A stretch of 64,000 nucleotides of DNA from contig NC_086118.1 in assembly GCF_963921235.1 (NCBI RefSeq), positions 22,508,001 to 22,572,000 of the forward strand, given 5' to 3'. The notes under the pieces are model-generated. The model ran no database searches. It was not told the origin of the DNA and worked only from the letters and a program-made list of their open reading frames with translations. This stretch comes from Mobula hypostoma. Lineage: Eukaryota. The number at the start of each line of letters is the position of its first letter. Position 1 is the first letter of the stretch. Below, in pieces: positions 25,986-39,000 of this stretch. The translations under genes were made by a program, and so were the position numbers.

Positions 25986-27274
25986 GCTAGTGACTATAGA
26001 GATGGGCAGTAAGTGGTGTAAAAAGTGTACTAAAAAGTTCACCAAGTGTGGTACCAGACAATTGAAGAGGATGGCTCTCCATCACCTTCTCAATGACAAT
26101 TTGGGATGGACAATAATAAATGATATTTTTTTATCAACAACCCTCAGATCCTGAGAGCTGAATTTTGACAAAAGACTGTAGAATCACTCCTGTACTAGTC
26201 ACTTCTCATTCAAATGTACGCATTCTAACATGTGTGTTGCAGTTTCACGTTTGCTATTGCAGACAGATGTATTTCCTAAATGCAGCAGTACAAATCTGAA
26301 ACACCAGTTTAGCAGAGGGTGCTGCACAATTACATTGGGTCTCTTATTTGCACGTGCAAAATGTTCAGCAGCTGTTTAAACCCAAAGAACTTCCTTAGCT
26401 CATTTAGATTTGAGTGAGATATAATAGGGGGATCTCAGCTTCAAGTGCATCAAATGTCTGCATAAATTTTCTTAAACACATTTGTTTGCTTATTGCAATC
26501 GTAGCTAATATGAAGTGTGCTCAAGTAAGTGACATTGATGGTCAAACATTTGGTCTTCTGCCATAAAGCCTCAGGCTAACATTTGAAAGTATTGATGCAT
26601 TGGCTTTAATCTTTAATCTGGCCATTATGAACAGGCCAGTCTCAGCTGCTATAAGGCTGGGAACATTCTCTTTATAAATTCAAGATAGCATTTGTCATAA
26701 TAAATTTCCTGCCATACATATCTCTTTATGTTCAATGAACATTCACATGTTGTACAAGTTGTAGAATGTACTTAGCAGCAGAAATTATCACTTTTGATTC
26801 AGTTCATTAATCAGCAGAACCTAAGGCAGAGTCTTTCAACAAAATGAAAAAAAAACATTGAGTGTAGAAATTTGTGAGGTGATTTATGTTCCGATAATGC
26901 CCTGAATTTGAGCACATCAGCCTGGGGTAAGTATCTTAAGCAGGCAGAGGTCTCATTATGTAAAACATAGGATGGTTAGGTGCTCTGCCGTTTTCCAGTC
27001 CTGTGGAATGCTGGATTCGAGAGAAAAGAATCAAGTGGTGGTCAGTGGTTAACAACCACTAAATCCCTGGCCAGGCTCAAGTCACTGCCAACTTTAACAG
27101 GGGTAGGTAGTGAAGTGGAGAGCTAAATTGTATGCAGTTGGCATTGGGAGGAGTGAGAGGATCAGACACAGAAATTTTATAAAATCACTTGCCCTTCTTC
27201 ATTGTAAATGGGTTATTAGTCTCAATATGTGCAGGCAGACATCTAATACTGGGGAAACACAGCAATTAAAGGAA

Positions 27275-29441
27275 GCAAGATGGCGCTGGTGAACCACAGA
27301 GATGTTCTGCAGGCTACATACAATACTCCTAAATTTATCTCTTTTCAATTACTCTCACTGTAATCCGCATGTAATTTCCTTCTAAATGAAGTACTTGCAA
27401 ATTGACTTAATAAACTACAGATTTCGCAATCTTCCGAAGGACTCGAAAGATTTAACTCTCAAGCATGCAGGTGCGACACCTTTAAGTGGACAAAGGTTCA
27501 TTGCCATGGCCGGATGTGCGGCGGGGTGGGGGGGGGGTGGCGGGGAGGTGGCAGGCGAAATCCAAGCCAGGCTGAAACGCAGAGGAATGAGGCCTCCTCT
27601 ACCCAGCATCTTGTCAGCAGATGTACAGTCGCTAGGGAACAAAATTGAGGACATGAGAGCAGGCTTGGTGTATCAAAGGGAAATGGGAAATTTTTGTGTT
27701 CTGTGTATTACCAAGGCATGGCTTAATCCCACCACGGCAGATATGGCGATCAGACCCAAAGGCTTCTTGATATACAGGATGGACAAAACTGCTGATTTGG
27801 ATAAAGCAAAAGATGGAGGTGCGTGTTACATGATAAACTCTCTGTGGTGCTCCAATGTAGCAATTTGTCTATCAAATGTGGTCTGTTCTATTTACCTAGG
27901 GAGTTCTCATCGGTGATCCTGACCTCAGTTTACATACCACCAGTGTCTGACTATGGAGGAACCTTCACAAGCTGCCACAGCCCCCAGTGATCCTGTGATT
28001 TCAGTCTTTGAGGCCAATATGGAGGGTGAACCCTCAGTAAGCATCAGGCCCAGATGGGATACCTGGTTAAGTACTAAAGACCTGTGCTGACCAACAGGCT
28101 GAAGTGTTCACCGAGATCTTTAACCTCCCACTTCGGCAGTCTGAGATACCCACATGCTTCAATCAGGCCTCACTTGTACCGGTGCCTCAGAGCATATTAC
28201 CTGTCTCAATGATTATCATTCAGCGGCACTTACATCCACAGTATTGCAGTGGTTTGAGAGGTTGGTGATGAAACATATCAACTCCTGCCTAAAAAGTGAC
28301 TTGGATCTGCTCCAATTTCCCTACCGGCACAACAGGTCCACTGCAGGTGCCATCTCATTGGCTGTTCACTCAACTCTGGAACATTTGGACAGCTAAGGTG
28401 CATACATCAGAGTGTTCTTTATTGATCACAGCTCAGCATTCAATGCCATCATCCTCTCAAAACTAATCAATAAGCTTCAAGACCTTGACCACAATACCTT
28501 CATTGTGCGATTGGTTCCGTGATTTCCTCCATTTCAGACCGCAGTTCGGAAAGGTAACAACGTCATCACAGGAGCACCACAAGGCTGTGAGCTTAGCCTC
28601 CTGCTCTCCTCTCTTGACATTTATGACAGTGTGGCTAGGCACAACTCTAATGCCATATTCAGGTTTGCTGACAACATCACTGTTGTAGGCCGAATCAAAG
28701 GTGGTGATGAGTCAGCATATAGGAGGAAGATTGAAAATCTGGCTGTGTGGTGCCGTAGCAACAACCTCTCCCACAACATCAGCAAGACCAAAGAGCTGAT
28801 TATAGACTTCAGGAGAAGGAAACCAGAGATCTGTGAGCTAGTCTTCATCAGAGGATCAGAAGTGGAGAGGGCTAGCAACTTTAAATTCCTTAGTGTAATC
28901 ACTTCAGAGGACCTTTTCTGGGCCCAGCACATAAGTGCAATAAACAAAGAAAGCATTATAGCATCTCTACTTCCTTAGAAGTTGGCAAAGATTTGGCATG
29001 ACATCGAAAACTTTGACAAACTTCTATAGATGCGTAGTGGAGAGTATATTGTCTGGCTGCATTACAGCCTGGTATCGAAGCGCCAATGCCTTTGAACAGA
29101 AAATCCTACAAAAAGTGGTGGATATGGCCCAGTCCATCACGGGGAAAGACCTCCCCACCATCGAACACATATACACAGAATGCTGTTGCATGAATGCAGC
29201 ATCCATCATCAAGGACACAAACCACCCAGGTCACGCTCTCTTCGCTACTGCCATCAGGAAGTAGGTACAGGAGCCTCAAGACTCACGCCACCTGGTTCTG
29301 GAACAGTTATTAAAGGAGATAACTTCATCATCTTCACTTGCCACATCACCGTTCCCACAACTAATGGACTCACTTTCAAAGACTCTTTGTGTCACGTTCT
29401 CTATATTTATTGCTTATCTATTTATTTATTTATCTATTTAT

Positions 29442-29489
<48 letters not shown>

Positions 29490-29515
29490 TTATTTATTCT
29501 TTCTTTCTTTCTTTC

Positions 29516-29563
<48 letters not shown>

Positions 29564-30085
29564 TTGTATTTTCACAGATTGTTCAGCACCTAGGCAATGT
29601 TCTTTTCTCACTACTGCCATCAGGTAAAAGGTGCAGGTGCCTCAGGACTCACACCACCAGGTTCAAGAACGGTTGGTGTCCCTCAACCATCAGGCTCTTG
29701 AACAAAAGTTACACTCATTTAAGGACTCCTTTGTACTGTTCATTATTTATTGCTATTTATTTATATCTTCATTTGCACAGTTTGTTTACAGTTTACTGTT
29801 CCTGATGTTTATAATTTGCAGTTACTGTTCTGTAAATTTGCAAAGTATGCCCACAAAGAAAGAATCTCTGGGTTGTATATGGTGACGTGTATGCACTCTG
29901 ATAATAAACTTTACTTTGAACTTTGTTGTCTTTTACACACTAATTGCATGTACAGTTGGTACAGTCTTTCATTGATTCTATTATGGTTATTAGATTTATT
30001 GAGTATGCCCACAAGAAAATGAGTCTCGGGGTTGTATTTGGTGACATATTTGTACTTTGATACTAAATTTACTTTGAACTTTGAA
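27275..30085 (+). mobile_element. Rex1/Babar LINE retaining its 5' end, internally deleted, with a second Rex 3' end inside its 3' UTR
   Basis: 5' caagatggcg. Endonuclease start ARLKRRGMRPPLPSILSADVQSLGNK and RT FRFADNITVVG. Two (ctttgaa)n tails at ~29915 and ~30075. Confidence 0.88.
29410..29565. repeat. Compound microsatellite (TATT/TATC)n-(TTTC)n
   Basis: Visible directly in the sequence. Confidence 0.97.
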
Positions 30086-30796
30086 CAAGTAAACCTGGAT
30101 CATGAGGTGATGGCTATATAATACCACATGCAGGCCATAAGAAGTGAAAGTTTTGAAAGGAGTTATTGTCCACATTAAATGTCTGATCTCCACCAGCCTC
30201 ACACACATCTCATTGCACTTCTCCATTTATCATTACTTTCAACGTAACTGGCAGTTGGGAAGGAAATGCTCAGATATCCTGAAGTTAATTTTGGGAAGGC
30301 AGCAACAAGTCTATACTGATAGGTTCCTGCGCTGTAATCTTCCCTGTCGCACTCTCTTCCTGATCTGAAGACTTTGATATGCCCAGCAAATCCTGAAATG
30401 GTGAAGACCTCAGGCAAACCATCTGTTGGATTGCAGTTTAAAGGTCTTTGAGCGGATGCATTACATCTTTTTTAAATCGCCTTATTCTCCACTCACTGAC
30501 AGTTACATATTCATGAGCCTTAGTGCTAATTATTGATACTGATATGTTTTCTACAATTTTGTGCCTGAGGATTTGTAACTGAGAAGCCTGAGAGTACCCT
30601 CATCCTGACACACATGGGAAATCTCAGAGCGGCATATCCACTGCCCTAGATTATGCTGGAACTAGCACATTGCCCTCTTCTACCTCTCCTGGATATAACA
30701 CTAGCCAAGCTGACCACCACTGGGCTCTGAGTAATTCCCCCCAATGCAAGTGGCTTACTGCTGATGACCTAGCCTTGAAATAGTCCTCAAGTGAAG

Positions 30797-31108
30797 TGTC
30801 TGGCCGGCACATGCAGGCTCCTCCCAATCACCCCCCAGCTAACAGGAGTTACCTGCCACTCATTTCCAACTCGTCACCTGCAGCCTATTTAAACCCAGCT
30901 CCCATCCACAATCTTTGTTCATTCATCGAAGCAAACAGCCTCAGCCAGTTGCTCCTAGCCTTCAGTTACCTTGTTGCCTTGTGTTAAGTATCAGTTCTCT
31001 TTTGTTTTGTAGCCCCTCATAGCTTGTTATTTTGCAGTTTATAAGAAAAATATAATTTACTGCTAAATTGTCTCTGCTGCTCTGCTTTTGGGTTGTCATT
31101 TCATGACA
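30797..31108 (+). mobile_element. Possible short solo LTR (Gypsy-like)
   Basis: TGTC...TGACA ends, TATA-like tatttaa, and tgcttttgggt just before the end. TSD is not convincing, so the 5' boundary is uncertain. Confidence 0.5.
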
Positions 31109-31529
31109 AGAACAGTTCATATATGACTCTAGACCAAAGCATTTAAAAGAAATAATGATCTAAAACATCATTTATCTTCATAAACATAAATAAATGTACC
31201 TAGCAATACCTTTAGAAATGCAAAATAACTATAAACTCAAATACATATTAGCCTTTACCCTCTTTTACAGGTTCAGTTAGCATATTCAGGTGCATCTGGC
31301 TCAATGCCTCCGAGTTTTCTCTAGTGCAAAGCTGAGTTGTGACGTGAGGTGCACTCTGGCTTCAGCAAGATTCTGCTGAGCCACTAATCTCAGCAACAGA
31401 AAGGCAGGGGCAGTGCACCAAACTGCAACCTCAAGCTTGTCTTGGACTGTTATATTTGAGCAAGGAAACGTCGATGACTAATCACTGATGGCCAGTGTAA
31501 TCCTATTTAACCATCAGGGGCATGACTTA

Positions 31530-31720
31530 GTCCATTAAATTTTCCTTGATGTAGATTGTTACAGCAGCATTCCTGGTGACATCGCAATACTTTCCCGGTG
31601 TATATGATGAATAAATGCTTCTCAGGCATCCCTGAAGAAGATGGCAAAATTTGTCATTGAAACGTTGGTTTAAATTGAAATCTGTACCCAGCTGGAAGCC
31701 CGAGAAGAGTTTATTCATTC
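31530..31720 (+). mobile_element. Penelope-type terminal fragment (second family) with a hammerhead-like core
   Basis: CTGAAGA (31632), a hairpin, then GAAACGTT (31659), followed by ggaagcccgagaagagtttattcat. Confidence 0.6.
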
Positions 31721-33242
31721 TTATGAAGTGGTGAGAAGTTAACACAGCTTTGCACTGCACTGAGAATCCACTGTAGGTAAGCCGCTGAGTGCAAAATCCC
31801 CAGTAAAGAATTGACAGTAAGCAGGCAATGTCCACGTTTGCAAGTTTATATGCAGGAAAATACCAGAGGAATATCAGTGTTTGTAAAGGCATTCTGAGAT
31901 TATGTATAATAATCAACAAAATGATCTTCATTTTCTCCTTTCTGAGCTGGTAGTGGGCTTTTCAAAAAGCCAAGAAAGGAATGCAAACTTTCCATAAAAT
32001 TCTAGTCTTTCTAGAATGAGGAAGGACCAGTTTAAATGTCAAGGATGTACATAGATACCAATTAGTCTGAGAAAGTTTGAAGATATACACTCTGATTCAT
32101 CTAAGTATCAGGGATATAGATATTCATGCCCCTCTGGTAGTGTCAGGAACAAAGATAATGCTGGAGGTATGTTCATGGAGATCATGATGCCAAAACTGAA
32201 TGTCAAGACCCTGAATAGTGATGGACTCACCAGAACAGCCTTACAGTCAATATCATCCAGAAACAATTGACACCCACTTTTGCAACAGTGAAATATTTTC
32301 AATATTGGCAATGTTTAAAGTCAATTTAAACTAAATAATAAATAATTAATTATATGAATCAGAATTCTTGACAAAAAAATTGGAAAATTTAAAAAATAGA
32401 AATTAAAATCAACCTGAATAACAGGAGTAACTGCTGGCACATCTTGGCAAAATCCATTGAGTATTGAATGTGAATCTTTATGCATCTTGTCGTTGAGTGG
32501 AAGATGAGTAATCGCACCAGTAATTGTTGCTATGAACATATGCTGTGATCTGTAAAGTTGTTCACTTGTCCTTCAACATGCCACATCAGAACAAGCTAAA
32601 TATATAGACTGTTTAGCATAACTTTTCAAAAGAATTGCTGTAGTCTCCTGATAATGGTACATCTATCAGTGTAATGGGATGCAAGTGTGGACTCATTGTG
32701 TTGTGAACCAAATTTCTCCTAATCCAAACCTCTGCTTCATTTCCCCTGCTGGAAAACATATGGCAAAAAAAAAATAGAGGGAAGAGAGAAATGAGAGATC
32801 TGAAGGTTATTCCTTCTAATGCAATTTTTCATATCTACAATAAAAAAGTGTTACCATAAGCAAACACCTCACTCCAGATCTTTCTCTTAAAATAGAAAGT
32901 ATTCAAGCCAGATTTTGCTGTCAGAGTAACAGCAAGACTAAGGGTGCTTTCAATTATTTATGTGCTAATGGTAGAGCAACTTCAGACAAGGGACAGATGT
33001 GTAGTCAAATTCAAATATCTAAAAGTGTTCCTTGCTGCAGCAATCCTATCACGTTACACATCCATCAGTTTGCTGCACCATTTTAAATCCCAAGGATGAG
33101 TCCAACTAAAGACTAGATATTTGTGTTCAAGGCTCGGAAATGATACGTCAAATATAAATTTTGAATTCTGAGATAAAAACATTGTCAACTAATCCAAATC
33201 AGCCATTAAAGTCCCACCCACCGCAAAACCTGGTTCAATAAC

Positions 33243-33925
33243 TACTACTACTACTACCACTATACATTGACTCAGGCCTAGGGGGCCGGCGACGGGCACG
33301 ATGACGGACTCTCCACTTCTCCCTCTCCCTCATCAGTGTGTTCAGTTCATCTATATTAGCCACGCTGCTGTCGTCTAGGAGCGTGTTGACCATAGTCTTG
33401 GGAGGGTGCCCAGGGTTCATCCTCCCGTGCTTGGGCTCCCATATGATGACTAGGCTGGCAGGTAGCTCGGGGTGACGTAGACAGTGCCCCGCTAGTTGCA
33501 GTCTTCTCGCCTTGATTTTACTGGTGAGCATCAGTAGGTGTTATAGAGCTCGACGTTCGTCATGTGCTGTTGCCAACTCACGTCAAGAGCCATCTGGAGC
33601 ATTCGTGTATAGCAAACATCTAGAGACTTTCGCATTGTCTCGGTGAGTGTCCATGTCTCGCATCCGTACGTGAGAATGGACTCTATGACTGCTATGAAAA
33701 TCCTCTTTTTAAGCCCTCTGGTCAGGTTCGACTTCCAGATTTCCTTCATGTCATTCATAGCCCTCCACGCCAGTGCCTTCTGTATCTTTATGTCCTTCTC
33801 CGAACTCATCATTCTTGACTCAAGATACTTGTAGTCAAAGACTTTCTTAATGGTACCATTCTCTACGGTCTTGAGAGTACCTTCGTCGCAGTTAAACGCC
33901 ATGTACACTGTCTTTTTAGCGTTAA
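33243..33925 (-). mobile_element. 5'-truncated RTE-X/RTE LINE, young
   Basis: Peptides LNAKKTVYM, ILTYGCETWTL and RRLQLAGHCLRHPELPASLVIIWEP. (TAG)n tail on the element strand. TSD ggttcaataac (33232-33242) / ggtccaataac (33926-33936). Confidence 0.9.
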
Positions 33926-34534
33926 GGTCCAATAACAACCTGCATTAATCTATTAATCTATCACCATCCTTTTAAGGGCATCTCAGAGAAACTTATAGTT
34001 AACAAAATTTTTTTGAAATATAAATCATAGCTTACATTGTGTGCTTTCACCTATGCAAAATGATCCTTTCAACAATTCTAACACTAGCCCCAGAAGGGTA
34101 AATATTGCAATTCAAAAGGACATGAAGGACAATTGTCAGTGGGCTGGTGAACCTGCTGAAGACAGACTGCTCACAGGATGTAACCAATCTAGGCCCACGT
34201 GGTAAAGTAACAATGCAGAAGTAACAATGATCACCTGGCCCACGTGTCAGTCACAAACTGACCATCCAGCTGTTCATGCGGTCACCTCGGTGGATAATGA
34301 GGGGCATGTAGCAGGTACAAACAGAGAGCATTGAGGTCGGTGGTGGTTGGTGGCAAGTGAGCTGAAGTTAGATGGGTTGACCTAGTCAGTTGAAATTACA
34401 AAAGTGTGCGCAGACTTACTGCATTTGTACATAGCAACTATCAGCTAGGTTAGGGTGTGAATGTAGGGTAAAGTAAATGATCTGCATTAGCAATGAGAGT
34501 GGTAACGCTATTTATAGAAGACGTAACACACAAC

Positions 34535-34860
34535 AGGGATAGCACAGTAAGAGGGCGGTTAGCATTACTGCCCCATGGATTTGAAAATCCAGGTTTTGTC
34601 CTGACCTCGGATGTTATCTGTGTGAAGTTTGCGCGACCTTCTTGTAACCATTTGGATTTCTTCTGGCTGCTCTTGAAAGTCAAAAATGGGTAAAATATGG
34701 GTTCATTGGCAACTATAAATTGTTCTGTAGGTGGGTGACAGGAGAATAGGGGACATGATGGCATTGTAAGAGGAGGAAAGTGTGCTGGTGTAGATGATAT
34801 TTAATAGTCAGTGAAACACAAAAGGCTGAAGGGCTTTTGCTGTACTGCTTTGACTACAGT
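34535..34860 (+). mobile_element. Decayed V-SINE (HE1-like)
   Basis: tRNA-like head (gcacagt...gcggttagcattactgcc), V-domain-like ctgtgtgaagtttgc, and a CR1-like tail ggctgaagggc...tgctgtactg. Confidence 0.65.
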
Positions 34861-34870
34861 AACCTGAATA

Positions 34871-36465
34871 CAGGTGTCCCCCGCTTTTCGAGCGTTTGCT
34901 TTACGAAACCTCACTGTTACAAAAGACCTACATTAGTACCCTGTTTTCGCTTTCGGAAGGTGTTTTCACTGTTACGAAGAAAGGCAGCGCGCAATAAAAA
35001 ATCAGCACGCGGTAAAAGGCAGCGCGCATCCCGAGCAGCCGCTCTCACCTGGATTCGGAACAGCATTGCTTAAACACGTGCCTGTGAGCAGCCATTTGCA
35101 AGATGAGTTCTGAGGTATTGGAAAAGCCTAAAAGAGCTCGTAAGGCTGTTACACTTAGCGTAAAACTAGACGTAATTAAGCGTTTCGATCGTGGTGAATG
35201 AAGCAAGGACAAAGTGAGTTTGGCTTGTGGAAGCTGACGAAGATGATGTTGAAGAGGTTTTGGCATCCCATGACCAAGAACTGATAGATGAAGAGCTGAT
35301 GCAAGTGGAAGAGGAAAGGATAATAATCAAAACCAAATGCAGTAGCGAATGGACCGAAAGTGACTGCGTGAGATTTTTGCTGCAATGATAAAGTACGCTT
35401 TAATTTTGAAAGGGTAAGTAGGATTAGGGGATATTTGCAGGATGGTTTGAGTCCTTACAAACAACTGTATGATAGAAAAATGCGTGAGGCTCAGCAGTCA
35501 AGCAAGTCTTCCACGTCAGCCACAGCAGACGACGAACCTCGATCTTCGACATCGAGGCGGGCAGTCATAGGAGAAGATGAGCTGCCTGCCCTGATCGACA
35601 ATGAGATGACACCCCCGTGTCCCACCACCCCAACACCCGGGCCCTGGACAGATACTGTACCGATTCGCAGAGAATGCAGCCGTAGCCAGGAGGCACACAC
35701 ACATCTTTAAGAAAAAAGCCGAAATAAACAAGCTAATTATTTAGGTTCCGCCGACACATAATTGTCTGCCCAGATCAATGCCGATTTCCGATTGCATCGC
35801 CTCTGATCTGGGCCGACAATTACGTGTCGGCAACACCTAATTAATTAGCATGTTTATTTCGGCCTTTTTTCTTAAAGATGTGCTGTGTGCCTCCCGGCTA
35901 CTGCTGCGTTCTTCATGGCAATGTATCGGGTTGGCGGCCCAGAGGGTGGGGGCCACCACACCACCCAGCCTGCGACGACTCAGTCTAACACACCATCATC
36001 AGCTTGCTCGGCAAGCTGTCTTCCCGATTCTGGTAAGTGACACTACACTGTACATACATTATTTCAACTTTATATAGGCTGTGTATTTTTACGTGTTATT
36101 TGGTAGATTTGGCAGCCTCATAGTTTAAAAGTTACTGGAGAGCGCATTTATGCCAACAGCGCTTGCGTGAGATTTTCTGCCGAGAGCGCTTGCGTAAGAT
36201 TTTTGCTACGGAGATCTGTGCAGGCAATCGTTGTAGAGAAGTATTTCTACTTTATATAGGCTGTGTATTTATCATATCATTCCTGCTTTTACTATATGTT
36301 ACTGTTATTTTAGGTTTTATGTGTTATTTGTCATGATTTGGTAGGTTATTTTTGGGTCTGCGAACGCTCACAAAATTTTCCCATATAAATAATTGGTAAT
36401 TGCTTCTTCACTTTACGACATTTCGGCTTAGGAATGCTGTACCTTCGGATGGCAGGGGAAACCTA
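34871..36465 (+). mobile_element. Tigger/pogo internal-deletion derivative
   Basis: ta-CAGGTGTCCCCCGC ... GCAGGGGAAACCTA-ta (imperfect TIRs, TA TSD). N-terminal remnant KRARKAVTLSVKLDVIKRFDRGE is fused to a C-terminal remnant DEDDVEEVLASHDQELIDEELMQVEEE. Confidence 0.88.
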
Positions 36466-36539
36466 TAGTTATTAGCTTATGGGGTTCAAGTTTTCTACCT
36501 CATTATGAAGTGAAAAGTCAAAGTATTGGAATTACTTTG

Positions 36540-36720
36540 TTCCCACAACTGAGGGATCAGTATTGGCCAGGGCACATGGTGAACTGCTCGTCCTTTTTCA
36601 AAACAATGGGATCTTTTACATCCACCTGAGAGGACAGTTGGAGCCACTCCTGCTGTTGAGCAGGAGAGCTACTTTTGCTTAATTTGTGTGCTCAGGTGTG
36701 ACTTAAACCAAAACTTACTG
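36540..36720 (-). mobile_element. Old Deu-domain SINE-like fragment
   Basis: atgggatcttttacatccacctgagag resembles the Deu-SINE core (recognised from memory). Confidence 0.5.
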
Positions 36721-38110
36721 GACTTAACTTATTATCAAATAATACTCAACTGGCAATTTGCTTAACGTTCCTAAGGCAGCATCAGAAGCTGATGAGAAAC
36801 TTCCAGCTCACAAAGTTCCAATAACAAACACCTGTTTTTCTCTATTATAATGCTTACTAATAAAAATATGTAAGCACAGGAGGAATAATGTCTAACGCAT
36901 ATGCAGTACAATCAAGGTTTTTATTTCAATTTACTTCAGAATAGCAAGTAGAGTACACGAAGGGTAATCATACCCACTACAAATGATTTGCCCGTTGGGT
37001 GGAGGAACCACTTTAAGCCCTTGTGAAGACACAGTCCTGTCCTTACACTACTGGTATGCTCTGTCCCATTTGCTATTGTGCTGTGTGTGTGCTATTGCAA
37101 TTTGTTGAATGAGGTACTCTCAGAACAGATCTGGCAGCTGATAGCTAAGGAGCTTTGGACCCACAGTAGCATAACAAATATAAACCACCACATTCATAAA
37201 ATGGAATATAATGTATTAGTCTAACAAGCCATATGCGAGGCTGTGATTATTGCTGAATAAGAAGATGTAAACCTTCCCACTCGCAGTTATTGCTGGGCCC
37301 AGCACACAAGTGCTAGTGACAAGGCTGATACATTTAAAACCAGGTCCAGCCAGGGTGGATGATCTACCTCTGCTCATTACTGGGATCCCCTTCGTGATAA
37401 GAAGCAGTCTTTTTAACCAGTGTTATGAAGATATGACTAAGACCACTGAATACAGTAAAGGCTTTGGTATCAAGTTTTCACCAGATGCACTGTATTGGTT
37501 CGTGAAATACCTCAAGGCCAATTAAAGATGGAGAACAAATGCTGTCCTAGTCAATAACATGCAAATCCTAAAAAAATGGCTGTATTCAAAAAAGAACCAT
37601 TATGCATTACACCTTACAGAGAGAACTTCTACACCAATTTCTGATCTTCAAATTTATAGTTCCTTCACTGTAGCTAAGCTGAAGCTATTCTAAAAGGATT
37701 GCTACAGATCCAAGAAATGCATGCCTGATGATTCAATCAAAAGTTAACATAAACACAGATAAAGGAATTTACAACATCACAAGAGAACAAGAACAAGGTA
37801 AAAGGCTGACAATTCCCTTGCACTTGATGTCTCGCATCACAGAGTTCTGAGAGACAATGGATGCATTGGTTGTGATCTTTGAATTTTCACTCATTCACTG
37901 CTAATCACGAAAGGAAGGGGAGAGAAAGCAGGAAGCTTTTGGTCAATTAGCTAAACATGAGTCACGAGAAAAAACATTGGAATCTACTTTTTTAAAATTT
38001 GTGACAAAGAACACTTTAAAAAGTTTAAAATGATTGAACAGAGGAAACAAGGTTTTATTAATTGAATCCCATGTGTAGTAAACTTAATAAGGTTCTTTGA
38101 GCATGTAACA

Positions 38111-39000
38111 TACCTTGGAGATAATATTAAAAATGTCTCTCCAAAAAGTTTCCAGAGTAGGACAAGACATATGAGTTAAAGAGGCTATCTGCCCCAGACA
38201 TCTATCACAAAAAGGATTAATATGAGAATAAAAGCGAGCTAATTTATCTTTGGACATATGTGCTCTATGAACAACTTTAAATTGAATTAGGGAATGTTTA
38301 GCACAGATAGAGGAAGTATTGACTAATTGTAAAATCTGCCCCCAGTCATCCACGGAAATGATAGACCCCAATTCCTGTTCCTCACCCTATTACTGCTATC
38401 TTTGGACTACCTAAAATTGCATTTCTTACTTTGATGGCAAAAAGATGTATCTTACAACATTGGAAAGAGCCTAATGCTCCAACTACCTTTTTTTGGTTTT
38501 CTCAGACGATATTATGCTTGAATTTGGAGAAAATTAGAAGCAATCTTTATGATTCCTCACTTAAATTTGAACAGACCTGGAGATCTTTTATTCAATATTT
38601 TCATTTAATGTAATTTTTTTTCTCCTCTTTTTTTGCTTTATATTTATATACCCTTCTTGTTTTTTTTACTGTTTTTAATGGAGGTCGGGATTGAGGACGT
38701 GATTTTAAGTTTTTTAACTCTGTTTGGTTCCAAGTCAGCCCATTGCTTTGCTTTGCTTTTAGTTAGTTGCACGGTGGTTTTTTGGGGTTTTTTTTTCCTT
38801 TTCTCTATTGAGATATATATATATATAAATTAGTATACTATTATGTTACCTTAGTATGTTATGCTTAAATTACATTGTTTGTATCATTTTTTTTGTATTA
38901 ATATCTCCTGTAATTTTATTATATTCTAACAGTGTATTAGTGCCTATATGGCTTACCTTTTTGTATACTTATTCAATAAAAATATTTAAAAAGAAAGAAA
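38111..39000 (+). mobile_element. 5'-inverted, truncated L1 (ORF2 C-terminus, 3' UTR and A-rich tail)
   Basis: 38111-~38377 (-) encodes LIQFKVVHRAH...CDRC...HMSCPTLETFW...ISKV. ~38380-38613 (+) continues PHPITAIFG...AKRCILQHWK...LEKIR...W. aataaa and an A tail follow. TSD gagcatgtaaca / gagaatgtaaca. Inserted into an older CR1 fragment (~37800-39100). Confidence 0.9.

Noticed and set aside
26860..26935. Consensus donor GGTAAGT at ~26927
   Set aside because: No good upstream polypyrimidine acceptor and no recognisable coding sequence.
29180..29805. ORFs with IYLS/FFLS repeats that look like membrane proteins
   Set aside because: These are translations of tetranucleotide microsatellites.
31255..31330. 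Strong-looking splice acceptor tttaccctcttttacag
   Set aside because: All three downstream frames stop within ~65 nt, and there is no convincing donor or recognisable peptide.
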